A DNA stretch of 24,000 bases, taken from the sequence record MN794232.1; one strand, written 5' to 3'. The DNA is from Vibrio phage VH1_2019. The position numbers were made by a program, and so were the translations under genes. The notes below the pieces were generated by a model. That model was not told where the DNA came from, made no database searches, and saw nothing but the letters and a program-made list of their open reading frames with translations. Below, piece after piece: positions 8,463 to 14,122 of the stretch; within the stretch, counting starts at the first letter, position 1, and every line of letters begins with the position of its first letter.

Positions 8463-8535
8463 CCAACTCTGAAAGGGAATCGAACCCCAAACATTTCTTT
8501 TCGTAAGAAGAATATTAGTAATTGTTTGCTGAAAA
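8463..8535 (-). pseudogene. tRNA remnant (T-arm and anticodon-arm-like segment, no matching acceptor)
   Basis: Minus strand TTCTT-CTTACGAA-AAGAA...GGGG-TTCGATT-CCCT; no complementary 5' acceptor before tRNA-Gln. Confidence 0.45.
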
Positions 8536-8549
8536 CACTCTTCGGTATT

Positions 8550-8623
8550 TGGCAGGGGATAACGGATTCGAACCGGTACTGCGTGAGTCAAAGTCACGTA
8601 TGCTGCCTTTACATCAATCCCCT
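8550..8623 (-). tRNA. tRNA-Gln(UUG)
   Basis: CGTGA-CTTTGAC-TCACG, AGGGGAT/ATCCCCT, CCA encoded. Confidence 0.93.
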
Positions 8624-8642
8624 ATTATTCTTAAATTATCTT

Positions 8643-8718
8643 TGGCGGAACCGACGGGGCTTGAACCCGCTTCCTTTCCCGTGACAGGGGAATATGCACC
8701 CAGTTACACCTCGGCTCC
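8643..8718 (-). tRNA. tRNA-Asp(GUC)
   Basis: TTCCC-CTGTCAC-GGGAA, G73, CCA encoded. Confidence 0.93.
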
Positions 8719-8790
8719 CCAAAGACAACTTAAAGTAGTTGCTTTGTTTTTTTTTCAAGTTCACACTTAACGGCAGTGACTCTCCGAATT

Positions 8791-8866
8791 TGGCGGACCG
8801 CCCGAGACTCGAACTCGGAACTCCTCGCTTAACAGGCGAGCACTCTAACCATTGAGTTAGCGATCC
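8791..8866 (-). tRNA. tRNA-Asn(GUU)
   Basis: CTCGC-CTGTTAA-GCGAG, GGATCGC/GCGGTCC, G73, CCA encoded. Confidence 0.93.
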
Positions 8867-9240
8867 ATATTCTTTTGTAATGCGTGTTCTTCACGATGGC
8901 AGTTAGAACAAAGCATAATGCACTTATCTAACTCAGTTTCGATTCTCGACCATGATATAGTCTGACTAGAGATACCGAAATCTTTCTCGTTTGGATCAAG
9001 ATGATGAAACTCTAATGCTTCAATGCATCTATCATACCCGCATCGTTCACAACAACCACCTTTATATTCAACGGCTCTTAGTTTAGCACGCTTTCTATAA
9101 GAAATGACTGCTTCTTTATTCTTTCGTTTTCGTTCAGCATCAGTGTGCTTTCGTCGATTCTTACCGTTGTATAAACCAGCACATCGACGACTACAGAATT
9201 TATTAAGTGCGTCTGCACCACACTCTAAGCATTTATTCAT
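8857..9240 (-). CDS. HNH endonuclease embedded in the tRNA array
   Basis: CLECG...CSRRC zinc knuckle and HNH core CCERCGYDR...LEFHHLDPNEKDF...CIMLCSNCHREEH. Confidence 0.9.
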   Translation of the reverse strand: MNKCLECGADALNKFCSRRCAGLYNGKNRRKHTDAERKRKNKEAVISYRKRAKLRAVEYKGGCCERCGYDRCIEALEFHHLDPNEKDFGISSQTISWSRIETELDKCIMLCSNCHREEHALQKNMDR

Positions 9241-9448
9241 TTTTTGAGTTACCTATTTAAGTTTAAAAGATAACTCAGTGATAAAGTGTTTAGGCGCCAC
9301 ATTCGTAAGTGAATGACTCTATTACTACTTAGCAATTACATTCAAGCGTTACCAAGAATCATGCCACGTAGCTTTAAATTAAACAGCAATCCTTTTCTCT
9401 TTTTGCAAATAAAAGTTTTGTATTGTTTGCTGAAAGATTGCTTAATTC

Positions 9449-9522
9449 TGGCAGGGACATAGAGATTCGAACTCTAACGAACGGGTTTGGAATCCGCCAT
9501 GCTGCCGTTACATCATGTCCCT
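9449..9522 (-). tRNA. tRNA-Trp(CCA)
   Basis: Loop TTCCAAA, G73, AGGGACA/TGTCCCT, CCA encoded. Confidence 0.9.
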
Positions 9523-9528
9523 AAAATT

Positions 9529-9602
9529 TGGTAGCCCCAGACAGACTCGAACTGTCAACGTGCGATTATCGGTCGCGTGTTTTACCGTTAAACTATGGAG
9601 CT
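9529..9602 (-). tRNA. tRNA-Ile(GAU) with C33
   Basis: Loop CCGATAA, AGCTCCA/TGGGGCT, A73, CCA encoded. Confidence 0.8.
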
Positions 9603-9666
9603 AAAGTGAGCACATTTCAGTGCTCGTGTTAATCGGTTAAGTGACTAAACTTCCCGGTTAACTAAT

Positions 9667-9765
9667 TGGCGGAAGACTAGGGATTCGAACCCTAACATCA
9701 CCTCCCGGTGACCGACGGTTTTCAAGACCGTTGCCGCTACCCAGAATCTTTCGGCTAAGCCTTCC
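9667..9765 (-). tRNA. tRNA-Ser(UGA)
   Basis: ACGGT-CTTGAAA-ACCGT, long variable arm, G73, CCA encoded. Confidence 0.93.
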
Positions 9766-9772
9766 ATTAATT

Positions 9773-9848
9773 TGGTAGCGAGTGCCAGAATCGAACTGAC
9801 CTAAACTAGCTTATGAGACTAGTGAGTTCACCAGAACTCTAACTCGCA
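9773..9848 (-). tRNA. tRNA with CAU anticodon; T1.T72 mismatch
   Basis: CTAGT-CTCATAA-GCTAG, TGCGAGT/ACTCGCT with first pair mismatched; CCA encoded. Confidence 0.85.
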
Positions 9849-9950
9849 ATTATTCAACAGCTTGCGTTCTTTGGTCTGTTTATCGCTGTCTGAACTGAGT
9901 TCGCCGAGCGATCAATAGATTAAGTTGAATTGCAGTATGCAAGCTAAATT

Positions 9951-10036
9951 TGGTGGAGCGTAGAGGAATCGAACCTCTCTTCCCATTACGGGACACGGAT
10001 TTACAGTCCGCTGCCGCACCTTGCGGCTTACGCTCC
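9951..10036 (-). tRNA. tRNA-Tyr(GUA)
   Basis: GCGGA-CTGTAAA-TCCGT, long variable arm, GGAGCGT/ACGCTCC, CCA encoded. Confidence 0.94.
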
Positions 10037-10042
10037 AGAATT

Positions 10043-10116
10043 TGGTACTCGATACGGGAGTCGAACCCGTCCTACTTCCTTGAAAGGGAAGTGACCTACC
10101 GATAGTCGAATCGAGC
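10043..10116 (-). tRNA. tRNA-Glu(UUC)
   Basis: Loop CTTTCAA, GCTCGAT/ATCGAGT, CCA encoded. Confidence 0.92.
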
Positions 10117-10179
10117 ATTAAATTGTATATTGATTTGCAAGCTAATCAACTCGCAAAGCGATACACAATGTATCTAATT

Positions 10180-10256
10180 TGGTACGCCGCCCTGGACTCG
10201 AACCAGACACCTGAGAGTTAAAAGCTCCCTGCTCTTCCATGATGAGCTACCGACGC
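10180..10256 (-). tRNA. tRNA-Lys(UUU), copy 1
   Basis: GGGAG-CTTTTAA-CTCTC, CCA encoded. Confidence 0.88.
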
Positions 10257-10267
10257 ATTATAAAATC

Positions 10268-10342
10268 TGGTGGGTCGCAAGAGATTCGAACTCTCACCGT
10301 TCTGGTTAAAAGCCAGATGTACTACCGTTATACGAACGACCC
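10268..10342 (-). tRNA. tRNA-Lys(UUU), copy 2
   Basis: TCTGG-CTTTTAA-CCAGA, GGGTCGT/GCGACCC, CCA encoded. Confidence 0.92.
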
Positions 10343-10348
10343 AGAATG

Positions 10349-10423
10349 TGGTGCACCCCCTCGGAATCGAACCGAGCACTGCGGGACTTCAATCCGTCGC
10401 TTTTCCTGATAAGCTAAGGGTGC
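10349..10423 (-). tRNA. tRNA-Phe(GAA)
   Basis: Loop TTGAAGT, GCACCCT/GGGGTGC, A73, CCA encoded. Confidence 0.87.
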
Positions 10424-10424
10424 A

Positions 10425-10502
10425 TGGTACGCAAGAAGAGATTCGAACTCTTAACTTCTGGTTTCTAAGACCAGTGCCTCTGCCAGATTGGGCTACTTGC
10501 GC
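10425..10502 (-). tRNA. tRNA-Leu(UAG) with short variable loop
   Basis: CTGGT-CTTAGAA-ACCAG, GCGCAAG/CTTGCGT, 5-nt variable loop, CCA encoded. Confidence 0.87.
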
Positions 10503-10537
10503 ATTGTTTGTTTTTGAACGTTACTTCGTTCTTCTTC

Positions 10538-10566
10538 ATTGTACATGATGTTTATATCGTTGTAAA
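10538..10566 (-). promoter_or_regulatory. sigma70-type promoter P1 into the tRNA array
   Basis: Minus strand TTTACA-17 nt-TACAAT, about 36 nt upstream of tRNA-Leu(UAG). Confidence 0.75.
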
Positions 10567-10620
10567 CATCTTTTTTGAAAAACTTTTCATTAACTTTTGA
10601 ATGATATTTCGCTTTTCTCT

Positions 10621-10649
10621 ATTGTACATGATGTTTATATCGTTGTAAA
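10621..10649 (-). promoter_or_regulatory. sigma70-type promoter P2, duplicate of P1
   Basis: Identical TTTACA-17 nt-TACAAT inside a perfect 38-bp direct repeat. Confidence 0.75.
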
Positions 10650-10814
10650 CATCTTTTTAAATTTATTTTGAAGAACTTAACGTTTTCATTTTTCTATGTG
10701 TTAATCTTAACACTCGCTCAAGACATCTTAAACACTAATTTGTGAAAAAGTTCGTTAAATTCTATCATCACGACAGTACTTAACGAGATACGGTCCTAAG
10801 CGTATCAAATTAAT

Positions 10815-10939
10815 TCAGAATGGTGAGACTTGAACTCACTTCGAGTAATAGCGTAAACTAACAGTTGTTGCCAGAGGCTATCAATTATTCTCTACCGAGT
10901 ATGTTGCAACTCTGCATTTCCCCATTTCTAGGCATTCTG
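10815..10939 (-). tRNA. interrupted tRNA-like gene, anticodon tentatively ACG
   Basis: Acceptor CAGAATG/CATTCTG 7/7; T-arm GTGAG-TTCAAGT-CTCAC 5/5; joining ...GT|AGT TTACGCT ATTAC gives a 5-bp anticodon stem after removing 49 nt; D arm poorly formed; no CCA. Confidence 0.5.
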
Positions 10940-10944
10940 AAATA

Positions 10945-11020
10945 TGGCACCCCACAGAAGATTCGAACTTCTAACCTGCGCCTTCGTAGGACGCTGCTCT
11001 TCCAATTGAGCTAGTAGGGC
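10945..11020 (-). tRNA. tRNA-Arg(ACG)
   Basis: GCGTC-CTACGAA-GGCGC, G73, CCA encoded. Confidence 0.93.
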
Positions 11021-11027
11021 ATTAAAC

Positions 11028-11104
11028 TGGTCCGTGACAAGCGATTCGAACGCTTAACTTCTCCGCCCCAAACGGAGTACTCTACCAGATTGAGCTAGTC
11101 ACGG
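11028..11104 (-). tRNA. tRNA-Pro(UGG), copy 1
   Basis: CTCCG-TTTGGGG-CGGAG, CCGTGAC/GTCACGG, CCA encoded. Confidence 0.93.
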
Positions 11105-11113
11105 ATTTTAAAT

Positions 11114-11187
11114 TGGTCGGGACGAAGAGACTCGAACTCTTACCACATGCTCCCAAAGCATGAACGCTACCTTTACGCCACGTCCCG
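11114..11187 (-). tRNA. tRNA-Pro(UGG), copy 2 (different body)
   Basis: CATGC-TTTGGGA-GCATG, CGGGACG/CGTCCCG, CCA encoded. Confidence 0.93.
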
Positions 11188-11263
11188 TTTGTTCTTTAAC
11201 TTTGTTTATCATACTCTGCTTTCAAAGTACGTTAAACAAAATTTTTGATTTTCTTTCGCCCAT

Positions 11264-11287
11264 AAAAAAGGACGCTACGTGCGTCCT
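11264..11287 (-). terminator. rho-independent terminator on the minus strand
   Basis: Minus strand AGGACGC ACGTA GCGTCCT TTTTTAT. Confidence 0.85.
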
Positions 11288-11514
11288 CAAGTATACTTCT
11301 ATGTTATACTATTGGACTACGTTTGTGGAGACCACTCTTGTTTCGCACACGGATTCGCTAGATACACAAATTCTGAGCGCAGAAAATCGCTGCGTAAAAT
11401 CATATCAGAATGTGTATTCGAATGTGTCATGGAAACTCTCTAAACGTTAAAATAAAAATGTTTTTGTTTGTATAATAGTACTTATAACACCAAATTTGAC
11501 GATTTGCGGTATTT

Positions 11515-11550
11515 TCGCAGAAAATTGAAAAAAAAATCAACTTTCTGCGA
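11515..11550. repeat. 14-bp inverted repeat with an A8/T8 loop
   Basis: TCGCAGAAAATTGA-AAAAAAAA-TCAACTTTCTGCGA; the one mismatch becomes G-U on minus-strand RNA. Just downstream of the 11556-11789 gene. Confidence 0.7.
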
Positions 11551-11555
11551 TTTTC

Positions 11556-11789
11556 TTATCGACCTAGGTGTTTTCGCTTGTTCATTTCAACGAGGATTTC
11601 ATCGTTGTAATGACGGTTCAGTTCAACATACTTCTTGTGCTGATCTGAAGTCAACTCGTTGGTGTCATTCAGATGTTTCAAGAATCCAAGAGGTTTGCGA
11701 AACGACTTGCGATATTCGTTCAGACGCTCGTCCGTTAGATTATGCAGTTGTTTCGGAGTCAGTAACGTTTTATTGATGTCAAAACTCAT
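11556..11789 (-). CDS. hypothetical phage protein
   Basis: ORF from MSFDINKTLLTPKQLHNLTDE; start trimmed. Confidence 0.65.
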   Translation of the reverse strand: MSFDINKTLLTPKQLHNLTDERLNEYRKSFRKPLGFLKHLNDTNELTSDQHKKYVELNRHYNDEILVEMNKRKHLGR

Positions 11790-11814
11790 GTTGTACCTCA
11801 CTTGTTATTAAAAT

Positions 11815-11930
11815 TGGTAGTCGGGGCTGGATTCGAACCAGCGACCACGTGCTTAACAGGCAATTGAAGGAGTGCTGGAGCGATACTTGACAGTATCATT
11901 CTTCGTGCTCTACCACTGAGCTACCCGACT
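11815..11930 (-). tRNA. interrupted tRNA-Asn(GUU), 41-nt insert between positions 28 and 29
   Basis: AGTCGGG/CCCGACT 7/7, D stem GCTC/GAGC, CG[41 nt]TGC-CTGTTAA-GCACG, T-arm GCTGG/CCAGC, encoded CCA. Insert spans 11863-11903. Confidence 0.85.
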
Positions 11931-11935
11931 ATGAA

Positions 11936-12457
11936 TTATTTAACTTTGAACTTCAAATTACGCCAGTCAAAGTTTCGTTTGTTCTTTGTGTTGTAGAACG
12001 TGCCCCAATCAATAGCAATCGGACAGTTCTTACTACCTACACGAGCGATAAAGACATCGTGAGTCTCGCTGTAACGCTCTCTAAGCTCTTTTAAACGCTT
12101 ATCGTAGTTAGCGATATACTCTGCACACGCTTTGTTGTAAGCTGCTTTAGAGAAGCGTTCGTCACTCGAAAATACATTACCCAGATAAGGTCGAATAACA
12201 CGAACTCGTTCTTTAGACCAACCCATACTAAAGCTGTTTTCAATCTCACCTGAGATTTCACCAGTCTTCTTACATCTAGCAAGAATGACCCAGCAACGTT
12301 CACGCCGAAAATCTTTTCGTACGTACACGTTAACGTGCTTGTCAATGTACTCTTGATAACGAGCGTTATACTCAGCACGCAGTTTATTGCGCACTTCAGG
12401 CGACATTGCAGCCCGTTCTTCTTTCGAAAACGCTTGTGCGAATTTCAATGGTTTCAT
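11936..12457 (-). CDS. hypothetical phage protein
   Basis: ORF from MKPLKFAQAFSKEERAAMSPEVRNKLRAEYN; track N-terminus trimmed because it runs toward the structured RNA. Confidence 0.7.
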   Translation of the reverse strand: MKPLKFAQAFSKEERAAMSPEVRNKLRAEYNARYQEYIDKHVNVYVRKDFRRERCWVILARCKKTGEISGEIENSFSMGWSKERVRVIRPYLGNVFSSDERFSKAAYNKACAEYIANYDKRLKELRERYSETHDVFIARVGSKNCPIAIDWGTFYNTKNKRNFDWRNLKFKVK

Positions 12458-12470
12458 TATAATTTCCTCT

Positions 12471-12710
12471 TGGCGCCGCTCGTGTGAATCGAACACACGT
12501 CAAACACAACACCTCGTCCACCCAATTAGAGTTTCGAAGTAAGAGCTAATCAGCATTTCGGAGCAGTCGAGCGTTATTTCTACGAGTGAGCTTTCGACAA
12601 CTCACACGCACTTTCTACCCGGTCCCAGTGATTCGGTACCAACGCAGGTTGCGAACCTACGTCTGCACTAATGCTGGGAAAACACTGCGTATTGTACACC
12701 AGTTAGCGGC
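12471..12710 (-). ncRNA. about 240-nt RNA with tRNA-like 5' and 3' ends, function unknown
   Basis: 5' GCCGCT pairs with 3' AGCGGC; T-arm GTGTG-TTCGATT-CACAC; encoded CCA; possible P2-like helix GTACAATAC/GTGTTGTGT; further internal hairpins. Confidence 0.5.
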
Positions 12711-12712
12711 AT

Positions 12713-12943
12713 TTAAAGATAGCTATCAAAGACAGCATCATCAACTTCTTCAATATTGATGTCAGCGTAACACTCATTCGCAATTGCTTGAATTTCATCT
12801 ATTGAAACTGTACCTGCGTACAATACAACAGCGTCGTTCGGAATCACGACATCACACATGTATTTGTTAAACATTGCAGTTCTGAAATCAGAATCAACAG
12901 AGTAACCGTGCATTGATGTGATAACTAGCAATTTATGTGACAT
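12713..12943 (-). CDS. hypothetical phage protein
   Basis: 76 aa ORF between structured RNA and tRNA. Confidence 0.65.
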   Translation of the reverse strand: MSHKLLVITSMHGYSVDSDFRTAMFNKYMCDVVIPNDAVVLYAGTVSIDEIQAIANECYADINIEEVDDAVFDSYL

Positions 12944-13022
12944 AATGTTTTCCTCGTGTAGTTGATAATGTGTATACTACACGTTGATGAAACGCCTGTC
13001 AACAACTTTTTCAAATTATTTT

Positions 13023-13099
13023 TGGTAGCCCCTCTCGGATTCGAACCGAGAACCTGACGATTATGAGTCGTCTGCTACTACCGTTACAGCTAAGGGGCT
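13023..13099 (-). tRNA. tRNA with CAU anticodon
   Basis: GACGA-CTCATAA-TCGTC, AGCCCCT/AGGGGCT, CCA encoded. Confidence 0.92.
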
Positions 13100-13466
13100 A
13101 TCGTTCTAGAAATCTACCGACTTTAGCAGCGAAGATGTTTGCTTCTTCTGCAATCAAAGCAGTTGATTTCATTTGATGAAAAGCGTCTTGTTGATGCAGA
13201 ACATCTAGTTTACCAGCGCATTTCATCAGTTCTTTTACTGATTGCATAATCTCAATGTTATCAAGCTGACTCGTGTCAGGGTGATGATTGAGACTATCCA
13301 AGACAGGGAGTACTTGTTGATAGTAACCCATGCCGATGAAGTTTATCATAAGTCTGTACTGCATTTCAACAGCAAATGTACAATATTTTCGAAGATTGCG
13401 TTTTACAATCTCACAGCGATGTAAGATACAATCAAGTTCGTCATTTATGTCATCAAACTTATTCAT
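13098..13466 (-). CDS. hypothetical phage protein
   Basis: ORF from MNKFDDINDELDCILHRCEIVKRNLRK; start trimmed away from the tRNA overlap. Confidence 0.65.
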   Translation of the reverse strand: MNKFDDINDELDCILHRCEIVKRNLRKYCTFAVEMQYRLMINFIGMGYYQQVLPVLDSLNHHPDTSQLDNIEIMQSVKELMKCAGKLDVLHQQDAFHQMKSTALIAEEANIFAAKVGRFLER

Positions 13467-13480
13467 AAAACCTCGAAAAT

Positions 13481-13600
13481 TGGTGGAGAGTGATGGATTT
13501 GAACCACCGACCAAAAGATTTACCAGTTAAGGTTTGCAGCATGAATGCTTGTCAGTATTCTTTAACATTCTTTTGCTCTACCAGACTGAGCTAACTCTCC
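13481..13600 (-). tRNA. interrupted tRNA, about 42-nt insert next to the anticodon loop, anticodon possibly GGU (Thr)
   Basis: GGAGAGT/ACTCTCC 7/7, D stem GCTC/GAGC, AAAGA[insert]CTGGTAAA-TCTTT, T-arm GGTGG-TTCAAAT-CCATC, encoded CCA. Confidence 0.75.
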
Positions 13601-13605
13601 ATTGT

Positions 13606-13716
13606 ATTACTACTTTGTTTCGCTTGTCAGGGCGTCGAAACGCTACCTAACCAAGGATTCGAACCTTTTAACCAACACCTCGCGAAAATTATTTTTCTCG
13701 TTGGCAAAGTAGTAAT
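13606..13716 (-). ncRNA. 111-nt structured element closed by a perfect 12-bp inverted repeat, containing a T-arm-like hairpin
   Basis: ATTACTACTTTG...CAAAGTAGTAAT; inner AAGG-TTCGAAT-CCTT, CCAAC/GTTGG and GCGT-TTCG-ACGC. Confidence 0.5.
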
Positions 13717-13730
13717 GTAAAAACATATAG

Positions 13731-13853
13731 TTGCGGGTGCAGGATTCGAACCTACATCACGATCTTATGAATGATATGCGAAATTGATTGCCGTACAGAT
13801 TCTTATCAGAATCAGTTTTGTGCTACGTGTGCTACCACTTACACCAACCCGCA
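13731..13853 (-). tRNA. interrupted tRNA, 50-nt insert between positions 28 and 29, 8-nt loop ATTCATAA (CAU or UCA)
   Basis: TGCGGGT/ACCCGCA 7/7, D stem GTGT/GCAC, CG[50 nt]ATC...GATCG, T-arm GTAGG/CCTGC; no encoded CCA. Insert spans 13776-13825. Confidence 0.75.
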
Positions 13854-13924
13854 ACTATATGCTTTCGGGATGCTTACGCAGGTTCTTCTCTACGTAAGCA
13901 CAGTTCCTCAATGTATATTTTGCC

Positions 13925-14122
13925 TTAGCCAATCACAACACAACCCAACCCAATATCGTGCGCTTTAATTACGGGATTGATGACCCGTTCGCATGTGATT
14001 AGCGTAAAAGTATGATTACGCACCTTTTCTTCTTCAATGTCCAAGGCAAAGAGGACTATGAATACTAGTGCGAGAAGATATACAATCAAATTGCTCACCT
14101 CGCTTAATAAGTGAGAGTACAT
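13925..14122 (-). CDS. small hydrophobic protein, one probable transmembrane helix
   Basis: MYSHLLSEVSNLIVYLLALVFIVLFALDIEEEKV..., trimmed from the track ORF that overlaps a tRNA. Confidence 0.5.
   Translation of the reverse strand: MYSHLLSEVSNLIVYLLALVFIVLFALDIEEEKVRNHTFTLITCERVINPVIKAHDIGLGCVVIG

Noticed and set aside
8463-8535. Intact or interrupted tRNA-Arg(ACG)
   Set aside because: T-arm and anticodon-like segments are present but no 5' acceptor complement was found before tRNA-Gln, so it is listed only as a remnant.
8430-8770. Plus-strand and overlapping ORFs containing phrases such as NGFEPVLRESK and LTEPTGLEPASFPVTG
   Set aside because: These are antisense translations of tRNA T arms and acceptor stems, a common tRNA-array artefact. 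The same applies to 5349-5585, 6121-6306, 6218-6495, 9912-10118 and 10270-10548.
11160-11776. Plus-strand ORFs at 11160-11450 and 11468-11776
   Set aside because: Overlap terminators, a tRNA and the opposite-strand CDS; no ribosome binding site or coding-like composition.
12471-12710. Standard tmRNA
   Set aside because: Ends and a possible P2 helix fit, but there is no G3-U70 pair, no tag ORF ending in LAA-like residues, and it is shorter than usual. Kept only as a tRNA-like ncRNA of unknown function.
12641-12713. Separate complete tRNA-Gly(UCC) nested in the 240-nt RNA
   Set aside because: An anticodon-like arm (AGTGT-TTTCCCA-GCATT) can be drawn, but the acceptor is irregular, the T loop lacks A58 and no CCA follows.
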